This document shows positions 1-12,451 of a DNA stretch of 64,000 nucleotides, piece after piece; positions within the stretch are counted from its first letter, which is position 1, and the number at the start of each line of letters is the position of its first letter. Made by a program: the position numbers and the translations under genes. The notes under the pieces were generated by a model. The model was not told the origin of the DNA and did not search any database. It saw nothing but the letters and a program-made list of their open reading frames with translations. Where the stretch lies: NCBI GenBank assembly GCA_047495785.1, contig JBLDXI010000064.1:496001-560000 (forward strand), written 5' to 3'. Source of the stretch: Lepidodermella squamata (taxonomy: Eukaryota > Animalia > Gastrotricha).

Positions 1-54
1 AAATAAAAAAAAATTTCGCTCTATTAATTCATCTTTTTAACAGAATATCTTTTG

Positions 55-380
55 GCGGAACCAAATTTGCCTGTTGCGGAACCAAATTTGACTGTAGCGG
101 AACCAAATCGGCATATTGCGGGACCTAATTTTAGGTAAGCAAAAGGCCGCTTTTTGAATATTTCTACGAAATTGAGGCAATACATGAATTCTAAAGTGAA
201 GAATGCATCTTTTACAGAATTTTACGCTGAATTTAATGATGATTTATCTCAAATTATGCTGATAAATCATGACAAGATTGAAAGCTTCAAAAAGTGGCTT
301 TAGGCCCATTGCAAATTCCAAAATTTGGTTCCGCTAACAGGCAATTTTGGTTCCGCTACAGTCAAATTTGGTTCCGCTAA
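55..380. repeat. Small foldback/MITE-like element of ~21-bp GCGGAACCAAATTTG units, direct at 55-135 and inverted at 321-380
   Basis: gcggaaccaaatttgcctgtt / gcggaaccaaatttgactgta / gcggaaccaaatcgg on +; reverse-complement copies (aaatttggttccgct) at 321-380. Confidence 0.7.
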
Positions 381-865
381 AAGTAAGACCCTCTTTTTAA
401 CCACGTCAAATTTATGGAGCGCGCGATTGTTTATTGAGGTATTCTGAAAAAGCATATTCGACAGTGTTTTCTGCCAACATTTCAAATTATTATCGATTAT
501 AATGAGCAAACCGCAGCTTGTCCCAAATAAGCATCCACAATTACCGCTCTTGTCCGGAATGGCAAACCTGGCACGCATGTGGGACGGGCTGTTTTTATTG
601 TTTCGGGCGCGCGCGCAAGGTGTCAAATTATAGCGGACTCATCTGTCTATAATGTCCACAAAAATTGTCTATGCAACGCTCTACTTGGATGATCTGAATT
701 AATTTTACGAAAACGCATCGAATTTTGTCCCAAATTGTGCGACTTTACCCTAGATATTCAAATTTAACACTTAATTAGTGTCCAATACATATTGACATTC
801 TTTGTTTTGAAATGGAAGAAACAGCTAAACCAAAGCAGGATGAATCGCCATCACTGCTCCGTAGT

Positions 866-1050
866 CGTTAGCGTCGTTGAATAACTCGGATTCGGGCTTG
901 TTCGCGTCAGTTACTGACAGTTGACGGGCGATAACAAGTTTGCTTCCCCTCTTCACTCACATAAAAACTACCCTTTTGCCTTCTTTTCTCACTATTCATC
1001 TTTTACTGACGTAAATAAGCCCAAATCTGAGTTATTCAACGACGCTAACG
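866..1050. mobile_element. MITE-like element with ~48-bp imperfect terminal inverted repeats
   Basis: cgttagcgtcgttgaataactcggattcgggctt (from 866) matches the reverse complement of aagcccaaatctgagttattcaacgacgctaacg (to 1050); no clear TSD. Confidence 0.65.
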
Positions 1051-2009
1051 CTCCCATTTCTGTGGCTTGTTATGTTAGTTATCGTTAATTAGTTAGCTAT
1101 AGATACCCAATGGAGTATCGCCGTCATCTATTCTTGAAAATGGTTACTTCATTTCAGTTTCAAGTAATACATTTTCAGAAAACTTAAAATACCGCTTGTT
1201 TCCTAATTGCGACACTTTAAAAACTATCCGCTAACTTCCAGAGTTTGGAGATTCTATAATTTTTCCTAGAACTTTCTATTTAGAACGGGTCTTTTCTAAA
1301 ATAGTCAGTAATGATTCATTAAATTCTGAATGCGATATCTCTCGAAGCTATTAAAGTATAGTAATAGTGCATCCTATTAGCTGCTGTATTAAATTTCAAA
1401 TTCTGCATTGTTGATAGGATTATTTTACTTCAACATTTACTCGAAGTCACCTCTTTAGTAATAACTGTTTGGACATCGGATACTGATTGGGAATCGGAAA
1501 TGTTAAATTGGCGAAATTCCGGCAACAGGTCGCTACTATACTATTTGCTGAGTGCTGGCTATTTCGATATATTCAACCTGTTATCGCCATTTTTGTTGAA
1601 CAAAATGTGATGAATTATTCTCTTGGTTTTACTTCCTTTGTTCATTTTCGATTATTTCGGTGCGTTGAAAATAAAGATGCACGGCAACGGGTCACGGCAG
1701 CTCGTTTTTGCTAACTGTGAAATCTTCAATATATCGAAGAATTACACAAAAGCGCGAGAGAACTTATTAAAATTCGCGAGAAAGAATTATAGAAAGGATA
1801 GACGAAGAAGCTGAATTCCTCTTTTCTCTTCAAGAGTCCAAGAACGCAAGATAGCAATTGCAGCTAATGGCAATTTTATAGCCCTTGAACCGAAGATAGT
1901 AATTTTGGATGCAACCGCTCCGCAATTGTAAACACCGCAATATAGCGGTATAATGATATATAGAAATATGCGCTAGCACTGGCGGTCCCTTACGTCGCAA
2001 CACGAACGA

Positions 2010-2826
2010 AGTACATTCATAGTATCGCGAGCTAAAAGCATCGGGCGATTCGTGGGGACCTTGCTTGCAATTAATTAAGCTAACGACCGCCGAATATTTT
2101 GTAAGGGACTTCTTAGGAGAGAAATGATCCTCAATAGAAGCCCACATGTCAGCGGATTTATCAAAGTCCTTGACCAAAAATAGAAATTCGGGGCTAACAT
2201 GCCGAATGATGAGCGAGCATGCAGCGCTGTCGAGCTCATCCCACGCCTTAACCTCGGCGGTGTTGGTAGTGGTAGGAACTGGCTTAGTCTTAGTGCCCTC
2301 GACTATGTCCCACGACCCGGCCCCTTTGAATTCAAACTTAAGGATCAATTTCCAATGAGCATGATTATTGCTACCCAATATAGTGTTGAGGTTAGTAACT
2401 GGGCCCATAACCTATTGAAGAGTGCGGTATGGTGTAATGAAATGTCAGTGGAAATGTAGCTCGATTGAGAAAGCGACCTAGTTCGATGATAGCACAAGTC
2501 CTGGCAAAGGAGACGAATTAGCTATTTTATTATAAAAGCAATAAACAACTAACCTGGCAAAGGAGACGAATTAGCTACTTCTCCTTTGCCAGTCAAGAGA
2601 TTAAATAATAAGGTTTTGGCGCTCTAGGCGCTACTAACAACAGTTATCAATGGCGCTCTAGGCGCAGTCACAATTAGGAGGCAAGGCGCAGCAACTACGA
2701 AGCGTGCGACCTTGGCACTACACAAACGACACGCGACCGGCCTTGCACTTAAATAATATAATAATGATAACGTGCAAAAGGCCTGGCGGAAATAATAATA
2801 ATAATGAATGATAGTAATATCCAACA
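2010..2826 (-). mobile_element. 3'-truncated Ty1/copia LTR retrotransposon: 5' LTR (2826-2413), PBS and gag N-terminus
   Basis: On the minus strand the LTR runs TGTTG...CAATA and is followed directly by GGTTATGGGCCCAG, the Drosophila-copia-type primer-binding site. ORF from 2408 (LGSNNHAHWK..GSWDIVEG..WDELDSAACSLI..MWASIEDHF) resembles copia gag. No pol or 3' LTR seen. Confidence 0.85.
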
Positions 2827-5452
2827 GAAACCTTCAGAGCAAGTACAAGAAATTCAGAAATACGACTATGTTCATCTGCCTACCTAGGTACATAATCGCA
2901 TGACGGTCATTTTGCTGGTTTAATCAAGTTAAAATTCTTCAACAATCTTGGAGGAAGATTTTGCGAATCAACTAAAAATGAATTTATAAGCTCGAAGCTT
3001 CTTGGGCAGTTGAAAATTAAAGAATATTCACTCAGCCAACATTCACACAGAGAAGTTTCAGTGGTACTCGGTCGAGTTGAAGCAAGACGATTTATGAGCG
3101 TTAATGCGAAAGATATTCAACTGCAATTAAACAGGCTTATCATTTAAATAAAATATTATTCACTAAAGCAACAAAAGACGGTAGAGAAATACACAGAGGC
3201 AACCCCTAGCCGCATTCTTATTCCGTTATTCCGCCAAATTGTAAAACTCCGAATTTGAACAGCCGTCACAGCGTTAGTTTTCAAATGCATAAGCCCTTTT
3301 ACAATTACGGAATAACAGAAAAACAGAGAAGATCTCGGGGGATAGCCAAAAACAGAGCGTGAAAATGTTCCTGTATCATGTCATAACCCCGATTAAAATT
3401 TAGTCACCATTTCGTCTCGTTGCGTTTGAAAGGGGCCGCTTATAGTTTTTATCATTGCTGGAATGTAATATGAAAACCCAAAATTTACTTAGTTTTACTC
3501 CTCTCTATCCAATGAACGCTTGGTTACTTTCGTGATCGTTCTAACCTTGATTTTATTCAGATGGTGTTTCTTTTATATTACCGCCAACACAGTATTTCTA
3601 TTATTGCTTCTCTCTTCTCTCACAAGCCGCTGCGCCAAATGGGAATCAGCAATAAACGGCCCTTTATATTGATCTTATAGTCTTATCAGTAGACCATTTT
3701 GGATGGATCATTTCGAAAATGACGGTCCCTCTCATTCCTGTACTTCGCGCCCTGGTTTGATGTGCTGCGGATTCTGGACGCAAACAAATTAGGTTTCCGC
3801 CGAAAATTAGAAAATTAGTTTCAGGTCATCACATTGGTAAGAAACACACAAATAGAAGATAATCAGCCGTGCCAAATAAGTATTATCAGCTAAGGAAAGA
3901 ATCTGAATCTGAAGGAAAGAATCAGCAATCTAGCTGGCATATAAGATTCAACCGGTTTGTCCATTCTGAGCCTGCGTGCTCATGCTGAAGTTTTAGCGGT
4001 AGTTGGTCATCGCGTTACAATTGGCTTTATTATCGCTAATTAGAATTATTTGCATTAAACATTCAATAACTTGAAAATGATCTTACATAATGCAAGCAAG
4101 AACATCTTCGCACGGGCTATCAGAATTTTCGTCTTTAAATTCTGGGCGACATATATCCATGAGGCACTGAAGAGCATCCAATGAATACGAGCTATTATAT
4201 GGAGAAGAATAGAAAACCAAAATTTAAATTAGGAAAACTGCGGCGCAATCCATGCTCAATTGGTTCCACAAATTGGTTCCATCGCTTTTACAAAAAGATT
4301 AACATTCCTAACGCTGTATGGTAGCTAACATCGGAATAAATCAACTTACAGCGATAAAAGTCCCAATACTTGATCGCATGATGTCTTATCGCCGGCGTTT
4401 GATGGTAGAGTAAGGCACTATATCGCACGGAGGCCATTTTGCAGCTTCAAGTTCAATCAAGTTCACAATCTAAAAAATGAGAAATGTTTTGAAATTGAAA
4501 CTTAGAAATTGAGAAAGCCAGAGCGAACAACATTCAACCGCCAAAGAATTGCTTCTTGTGCAGTTGAATATCACTGAATAATCAGCCATAACAACATTCA
4601 GACTAATGACTCATTGCAGCTGAAGTCGCTGATGAAATAACATGTTCATTTCTTAATTTGAACAGCCGTCGACGTGATAAATGAAAAAAAAAATATTTCT
4701 TTTCAAAAAGCAAGTTATACAGAGTTGCAAGACCTGAGGCATATTATTTATATCATATTATTATCTTTAATTGGTATTTTGTCAACTTACTTGGCAAATT
4801 GCCCCAGGATTGCCGTGCATGGCGGTTCATATGATAGAGCCTCATTTGCCAGGCACAGTGTGATCGCGAAACCTAAATACGAAGGAAGCTGCTAGTGACT
4901 TTGAGAAGGCGCTGTTTATCTGATTACATTCTAGATCAAACCTACATTCTCCCTCTTCAGAACTGTTTTATATCAATACATTACCCGCTATACGGTTCAG
5001 AGTTAGTGGCCTGCGTGCCCTTCTGTTTCCTCGAATTTTTTACCATCATATTTTTTTTCATGAATATATTTTTCGAAATAAAATAATAATAATACATAGA
5101 TACAAACGAAAGTTGGCCATTGCAGCGGCGTTTAAGTCTCTCTTTGCTATAGGTATCAATTTTCATGCCGAGACTTGAAAACACAATATTTTAATGTCCT
5201 CATGGCTTAGGTTCGAATTCCTTTTTTTAGTCGATTGGATTTTTCAAACTGGTCTGAAATTTATTACGCCAATGAGAATTGCCAACACAGTCTTTTACGT
5301 ATCTCACCAATATTACTAACAGAGAAAAAATATGAACTTAAACCTTAATATACGAAAAATACTCGCTGCTTTTAGCTGCACATTTACGCGAACACGAAGA
5401 AATTTTTATTAAGCCTTTGTATTGTGGCAGCTTTTCTTACGAAATTTCCAAA

Positions 5453-7545
5453 ATGCGCCTTTTCGTAGCTAATTTAATCGCTTTGCTTGCGTTGGTATCC
5501 GGAGTAGTCGTTGCTCAAGACAATTCGCTGGAATGTGGTGTTGTGAACCCGACACAAATGGCAAAGTCAACAGGCCCAGGCAGTCAACCAGCAGGACCAC
5601 ACGAGTTCCCGTGGCTTGTTCGTTCAGATTTAACATTAATGCAATTCAGAATAAGCAGGGTTTTTTCAAGGTCTTACTTGAGATAACCTTCAGCGGCGAA
5701 ACAGAAGCCGAATACTGTGGAGCTTCTCTCATCTCGAAGCAATGGCTGATTACCGCTGCTCATTGCGTTTCGAATGACGGAAAAACTCCGATCTCGTTAG
5801 TGTTATAGTGCATTCGTCGTTTCGGCAGTCGTCTTATTGTTTACGTACAGGATCACGGCCAAGCTGGGTCGCCACAACGTCAGCGTCGCTTCAGAGACGG
5901 CGTCTCACGAATCTTCAGTGTCGCTGCCACCTTTGGTGCATCGGCTCTACAACGGCAGTCAGAACTTTTACGATTTTGATTTCGCTCTACTGCGTCTATT
6001 GAGCCCCGTCCCTGGGTTCTCGCAGCAGATCAAACCGATTTGTTTGCCTGACTCGGCTACCATGTGCCGAGCCAACTCTGCCACCGCCAATTCAATTGAT
6101 GGATGCGATTCCGCGGTTGCTGTTGGCTGGGGTTACTTCAAAAGCAGTATGTTTAATCATTTCTGTACTTAGTGTACAATTACAATGTACAACCAAAATT
6201 GTAAAGCAATGTACAACCAGCGATTTTCGCAGTCATAGTATGTACGGGAAGACACTCCGTTTTTATCCATTCAAAAACGTGTTTTATCCAAAGTTACAGT
6301 GTAGAAGATGGGCATTTTACCGGGATATAGGTAAGGGTCTAGATTTGACACTGGAAATAAATCTGGTTGGAGAAACAGATCATTCGTCGCATGTGGTCTT
6401 ATTCTGTAGTATATTGTGTATTACCTCGATTAGTTATGGCTTATGGCTTTTATTCTAACTGCAGCCTTCTATTCGAATTTTAAAGAATTCGGTATAGCGA
6501 AGCATCCGGCTTTGTTAAATAGCCTAATATTTCAGCTAAACTATCTGAGATCCCGAGGAAACTGGATCTCCAGGTTCGATCGTACCGAAATTGTTCGCTG
6601 GAGTACTCTCGCAGGCGTTCGGAATCGGTCACCATCACCGACTCGAAAATGTGTTTAGACGCTAAGGGCAGCAGCGACGTTTGTTATGGTGATTCCGGAG
6701 GCCCTGCCATGTGTTTGAAATCGATGCAGATTTACCTGCTTGGCTTAATTTCGAATGGCGATGGGTTTTGCCAGGGATCCATTCCTGGCATCTACAGCAG
6801 AGTCTGCAAGGTTCTCGATTGGATTTCAAACAACACAGATGTTCGCATACAGACGACTACGCAACAGCAGTCGTGTGTCGTACCAAATATCGCAGCGGGA
6901 TTTGTGACCCGAGTGGACCCGGAAACTTCAGATGATACCGGCGATGTTCTAGGGCCTGGAACTGCTGTGGAAAAGGGCGGGGCTGTTAGCGTTAAATGCA
7001 ACCCCGGTTACACTTACTCGTCCTCTGTCACCATTGCTTCGTGTTTCCCTCCATTGAGACCGGCGATAAACGGAAGGTGTAACCCGATAAGTAAGTGATT
7101 CAGGTCTTCTAAATTTAGATATTATGCTTATGATAAAGGTTGCGGTCCCGCTCCTGTATTAAGTAACGGCTTTTGGACGGGTTTAAACAGATCCGCATCG
7201 TACATGTCCACGATGACATTGGTGTGCAATCCGGGCTTCCAACTCGTTGGTCAGAGTACAAGCCAATGCCAAGCAAACGGAAGCTGGTCTGCGGCTGGTA
7301 GCTGTGAAGCAGCAGGTGACTCATTTCCAGTCCTTTTCAATGTTTCTTTTAAATTAGCGTGTAAATAAGTTTGTCGACCACCGCCCTCGATACAGAACGG
7401 ATACATATCCCCTGGCCAATCGAGCGTCGGAGCTAATCGATCCATTTCATGCAACATGAACTTCGACATTCGAGGAAACGCTACAATTACGTGCCTATCC
7501 AACTTAGTCTGGTCCCAGCCTGGTTCATGCGTTTCGAAAAGAACT
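5453..7545 (+). CDS. Secreted trypsin-family (S1A) serine protease with three C-terminal sushi/CCP-like domains; exons 5453-5617, 5671-5795, 5851-6146, 6536-7090, 7139-7315, 7370-7545; last exon probably starts at 8483 or 8522
   Basis: Signal peptide; HEFPW, TAAHC, DFALLRL and DVCYGDSGGP (intact triad, Asp at S1 pocket); sushi exons CGPAPVLSNG..CNPGF..C..NGSWS..C and CRPPPSIQNG..C..C..W..C; GT-AG introns keep the frame. Confidence 0.88.
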
Positions 7546-7649
7546 GTAAGTATTTCACGAAAATCAACCATCAAGCAGTTGCGCGTTAATTCCACATAAC
7601 ATCACAGCTCCAATTGTGATTCGCGCACAGTAATTTATCGGGTAAAGGA

Positions 7650-8053
7650 ATAGACCCTTTCACGGCGGGAGGGACGATTTTAGAATACAGGCGGAGTACG
7701 TATTTTCGTGCTTCAAAAACTGTCGCGAGGAAAACTTGGAAAAGCTTAATTCTGATCTAAATACTGAGCTTCTACAAGTTTTTTAAACTAAACTTTTTCG
7801 GTGATATAAGTGAGGGAGAATCTTGAGGACATTCATTGGAGTAATTTAGAATCTGAAATTCCAAAGCTGAAGGAACTTCACACATAAATTAGGCTGCTCG
7901 AAAGATCGCCTGAAATCAGCTGGGCGGATAGGACAATTTCGGCCAGTTATTTTACAAACGTATTTAAAAATCGTCATTAGGCCTTCGAAAACCGCTCGAA
8001 CTGTCAAATATTTTTCTCCCGCAGATAGATAATTCCGCCATGAAAGGGTAAAT
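7650..8053. mobile_element. Non-autonomous DNA transposon (MITE) in the protease 3' intron
   Basis: Terminal inverted repeats atagaccctttcacggcgg and ccgccatgaaagggtaaat (16/19 match). Confidence 0.55.
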
Positions 8054-8530
8054 AAGGGTTTTATTAGTAAGAGTAGGGTAAGGTAACCTTATTCTGCATG
8101 ATAAATGCCAAGGTGCTAGCGAATAGCCAGAAGAATTAGGCGGGATGAAGTCGAAGTCGAAGATGGACCTTTCGAGAGAGGGATGATAGTGATTTAAGCG
8201 CTCGCTCGTTTGTACTCTTATAGCTTCAGTCGATTTTTTTATTGGCAGACCATATTTCATTGAATAACAACAATATAGCGAAGTAAGCGATCGGTATTTC
8301 TACGCTATTTGGACTGAATTTTGTGCGCACACGACTGAGACTCTTGCTGACCGCATGGAATTGATTCGGGAGAGCTGCGACAGTCGCATGCTGATTCACC
8401 GATGTAACCACTGATTCCGTATTCCCACATTAAATGTTCAACCCAAAATTATAAATAATGATTAATTCATTTCGTATTACAGTTACGCACGGCGGAAAGT
8501 CAACAATGTTCTCACATTTAGGTTTATGAA

Positions 8531-9322
8531 ATGTACGTGCAGTTGTGGAATGTAACAGCGTTTACGGGCGACGTGGCGCAGGTGCGACAACTCGTTGCGG
8601 ATATCGACGAATCCACTGGCGGCAAGTTCGACGCTAACTGGCGCAGCCCAAATGCCTACAATTGTTACATTCGTGGATCTGGTTTTACTTTGATAAATGG
8701 CATCCTGCTACACAGTGTTATGTGCGGTGCTATGAACGCCACACAGACTCAATCGGACCGGCGATTGCCAATTGCGCAGCTGTTCCTGGATCGTGGAGCT
8801 GATGTGAATTACAGAGATAATTACTATGGCTGGTCGGCGTTGATATTGGCGGCTATGAATGGGCAAGTCGATGTAGTTCGACTGTTGCTAGATCGCAAAG
8901 CTGACATCGAGGCTAAGGATATTATTGGCTTCACTGCATTGATGTATGCGACTCAGTATGCGACAGTCGAAGCAGTTGGACTGTTGCTGGATCGCAACGC
9001 TTCAATCGAGGCCACGGAAAACAGGGGCTGGACGGCACTGATGATTGCGGCTGATCAAGGGCGAGTCGAAGAAGCTCGACTGTTGCTGGATCGCAAAGCT
9101 GTCATCGAGGCCAAGGATAAAAATGGCTGGACGGCGTTGATGCATGCGGCCAGGTGGGGGCAAGTCGAAGTGGTTCGTTTGTTGCTGGATAGAGGCGCCA
9201 ATAAGGATGCTAGAGATTCAGACGGCAAGGCAGCTCTCGATTTGGCGATTTGCAACGACAAAACCGATGCAGCCAATTTGCTGAGGTCGCGGGGAGCAAG
9301 TCGAGCGAAGTCCTCTTGTTAA
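8531..9322 (+). CDS. Ankyrin-repeat protein (about 6 repeats); possibly the last exon of the upstream protease gene
   Basis: Repeated 33-aa units GWTALMxAAxxGxxExVRLLLDRxAxIEAKD. Confidence 0.9.
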   Translation: MYVQLWNVTAFTGDVAQVRQLVADIDESTGGKFDANWRSPNAYNCYIRGSGFTLINGILLHSVMCGAMNATQTQSDRRLPIAQLFLDRGADVNYRDNYYGWSALILAAMNGQVDVVRLLLDRKADIEAKDIIGFTALMYATQYATVEAVGLLLDRNASIEATENRGWTALMIAADQGRVEEARLLLDRKAVIEAKDKNGWTALMHAARWGQVEVVRLLLDRGANKDARDSDGKAALDLAICNDKTDAANLLRSRGASRAKSSC

Positions 9323-9559
9323 ATTCATTGTAATCAAGCAGACTATTCATTATTTTTATCATTTTTATTGAATGTTTACCAATAGCGAAATGCTGGCCCA
9401 TTCTTCCAGATTTTGTGAGTTGCACACGGTGAAAGCACTCCGAACTCGCACTCTCACCCCCAAATGAAGAAAGCGTCAAATACTCAATGTAGGTACTGCG
9501 AGTTTCGGCTACACTTTGTAAAACAGATAACGCATTTCATCAAATAATAACCATGGCTA

Positions 9560-9790
9560 TTATTTTTTTCCGAATCTTCGGATGATAACGGCGACGTTCT
9601 AGGGTCTGGGGTCCGTGACCTAATTATGTGACCTAGATACCTCAGCCTTTGTTTTTCAACAATGCGGCTCACTTCAATGAGACCTCCGCATAACGCAAGC
9701 CTCATGTGACCATTTTACGGTCCCTAAAAAAGTAGCCTTTTTCATCGAAGCCACTGATATGGAATCGTATAACGCCTCAAGCCTCATATT
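9560..9790 (-). mobile_element. Degenerate non-LTR retrotransposon 3' remnant
   Basis: VSRIVEKQRLRYLGHIIR matches the RLRWxGHVxR motif found after LINE reverse transcriptases. Confidence 0.55.
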
Positions 9791-10234
9791 AATGTCTTTG
9801 CATCATATACCCGAAGGAGGTCGTATAACAAAATTAATTGCTATTTTCAATTATTATTTTATTTTAATTCGATCAGAACCATAGTTAACGGAGATCAGAA
9901 GGCATTTTTCATTTTTCTTATGTGAAAAATGCTTACCAAATAAAGTTAGATTCTTAATAATGTGAAGCAGTGGATGTTTTATTATTGCTGCGTAATAGGT
10001 GGCACCAGTGAATTAGAAGCAGGAAATATCATGCAAATACGGGTTCTTGTAGAAGTCGTGTAAAAACCTGGATACTTGAAATCCGATTCATTGAAAGAAA
10101 AAATTCACAATTTTCGATACGTTTCGACACTGATTAACATTTCTCCCTCCTCAGTTCAAGCTACGAATCTATCGCCTCCTCGCATGACAGTCGACGAAAT
10201 TTTTCCTGAATAATGATAATTGTATTGCAAATTG

Positions 10235-10753
10235 TCAAGACATTGCATTCAAGTTGTACCTCATGCAGATAAGCACTTGGGCACACTTCTGATCATCTGA
10301 TACATCCTTGCCAATGACATCTGGATGGCATCTTGCTGCTAGGCATTGTAGAGCATCAGGCGACAATGACCTGCATATATACCGAAAAATAGATAAAGCG
10401 TAATTACATCATTCAGTAGCTTAAAGAAATTGATGGAAATGGCGGGCTATTATTCCATAATTCGATCACTTTCAGTGAAAACGTTGAGCAACCGCATTTT
10501 CCCCCGATTCTAAAGCCTGGTCAGTGACTAATTATTTACAGCTGATTGTAAGAAAATCTACCAGGCCGCGATAAGGAGCCGGTTTCAACTCACAGGCTCA
10601 TAATTCCCAGGATTTGTTCGCATGTTTCCGCTTTTGACGATACAGCACAGCATAGGACGATTGCAAAGCCTGAATATAAGGGAGGAGAATGAGTCATTGA
10701 TATCGCTCTGAATGAATTTCCTTACCAAGAAACCAAGAACGTGCGGCATTCAT
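10235..10753 (-). pseudogene. Probable decayed gene for a small secreted Cys-containing protein
   Basis: Exons 10753-10726 and 10669-10594 with 56- and 52-nt GT-AG introns give MNAARSWFLGFAIVLCCAVSSKAETCEQILGIMSLCK*; the third exon has stops; a last exon 10370-10235 reads SLSPDALQCLAARC..KCAQVLIC. Confidence 0.4.
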
Positions 10754-11203
10754 TTCGAGTTTCAGGATTCTTAAAGCTTCGTTTAGAGCGAAATAGTTCG
10801 AACTAGTCTGAAGCTAAATGCGACAAGTACGTATGTTGTATTAGGGTCAGCACTCGCAGTCCCTAAATGTGTCATATTCTCGTATAATTACTTCATCTCT
10901 GGCATTTAGCTAAGTGTGAATGCGGTACAGATTAAGTATAATGGCGCAATTAACACAATGCAAGGCCATCATTATACCACGCATCAACGATTTTTACTCA
11001 TGTCTTTACATCAGCGACTTTAATTGCCTCCTCAACTGCACTTTAATTGCATGAATTATCCGCTTTTGGTCTGTAAAGTTGTTTCCAAGTTTGCAAGAAG
11101 GGGTTTTATTTTGATCGAAAAAATGCACACGAAAGAGCACATAAGTTAGAAGGGAAAAAGTTGAATTTTTTTTCAAAGCTAGCCCAGACTTGTCGAAAGC
11201 GGT

Positions 11204-12451
11204 TCACATGCTCTTCATGAACTTGACATTTATGCCAATGAACGCAGCTAGAAACACAAAAACCGCCACGACATCCATTATGCGGACCGTGTTGATCTTC
11301 CTCTTGCCAGCCTCCTGCTCCAGGATGCCACAGGCGAGGCCAAGAGTAACCAACTCATACAGGGTAATCGCAGCAGCGTACCACATCATAGCCTGGACGT
11401 AGTTGCCTAGCAAATTCGCATCTCCTCGCTGCGGAACTTTTTGACTCATCGCAGACTGCGCGAAAGTGATCGTAAGCAGAGTGGTGGCTGTGAAGGCTGG
11501 ACGGTCCGGGCAATCTGGCGGGAATAGCAGGGTGGCTAGATCCAACCCTGCCATCACCCCAGCCGGGACTAGATAGTTCATTATGTAGAAAGTTGGATCG
11601 CGAGTCAAAGAGACTCGAAATTTAGCTGTCGAGACTTCAAGACCGTTGAATTGATTCGTCGCCACGAACTTGCTAGTATTGACCAGTTTCCATTCAGAAT
11701 GAAGCAGTGCCTCGTTCGACCAGAAAAATCGCAGGTTATTATCGTCCAATTTCAGCAGACTCTTGTCATTCGTGAGTGCAATCTCCATCCAGCAGGTTTG
11801 CGTGTCGAATGGGAATTTCTCCAACCGAAACAAGCATTCGTACGTCAACTGGCCCTCCCTTGTCCAGTAGAAGTCGAAGATTTGGCCCTTTTTCACCGTC
11901 ATCAGCAGATTATCAGCGTAAGGCACGTCTTTCAGATACACGTTCGATTGATACTCGTTCATGTAGCGAACTTTTGGCAGCCAAATTTCAGTTTGATTCG
12001 TGATGTGAACGACTTCAAGTGTTTCGTTCGAGTCCAACTTCGGGCACGTCTCAACAGACCAGTGCATCAAAGCTTCGACCCCGATTGCGATATCGTCCGA
12101 TGAGGTTGTGAAATCGATTAAGGATTTCGCTTCTAGGGCGAAGTCGATCGAATTCGGGGTTTTGTCGTCCTTCATCGGCGGCGCTCTCCGACCAGCTGCG
12201 AAATGGTCGCATTGCTGCAGGATTTTGGCCGAGTTGAGATTCGGCTTGACTTGCAACGGTCCTCCATCTAGGGATGGGATCAGCTGGCGTAGTGAAGTCG
12301 GCTCATTTGCGTCCCTGCGATTTCGAACACTGACTTCATCTGTATTGAAGTGGACGTGAGCGAAATTCTCCGACTGGAAAGGCAGGCTTTCAATGAGAGA
12401 CGCCGATGCAGTGGCTAAGAGGAAAAATGCTACGGCAGCTGAAATGTACAT
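11204..12451 (-). CDS. Intronless divergent Cys-loop ligand-gated ion channel subunit (415 aa)
   Basis: Signal peptide, IWLPKV, Cys-loop CLFRLEKFPFDTQTC, EW, RDPTFYIMNYLVP before M1, four TM helices, very short M3-M4 loop, no vicinal cysteines. Confidence 0.92.
   Translation of the reverse strand: MYISAAVAFFLLATASASLIESLPFQSENFAHVHFNTDEVSVRNRRDANEPTSLRQLIPSLDGGPLQVKPNLNSAKILQQCDHFAAGRRAPPMKDDKTPNSIDFALEAKSLIDFTTSSDDIAIGVEALMHWSVETCPKLDSNETLEVVHITNQTEIWLPKVRYMNEYQSNVYLKDVPYADNLLMTVKKGQIFDFYWTREGQLTYECLFRLEKFPFDTQTCWMEIALTNDKSLLKLDDNNLRFFWSNEALLHSEWKLVNTSKFVATNQFNGLEVSTAKFRVSLTRDPTFYIMNYLVPAGVMAGLDLATLLFPPDCPDRPAFTATTLLTITFAQSAMSQKVPQRGDANLLGNYVQAMMWYAAAITLYELVTLGLACGILEQEAGKRKINTVRIMDVVAVFVFLAAFIGINVKFMKSM

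Noticed and set aside
3252-4670. 16-bp exact repeat aatttgaacagccgtc at about 3252 and 4655
   Set aside because: No extension or associated structure; cannot support an element
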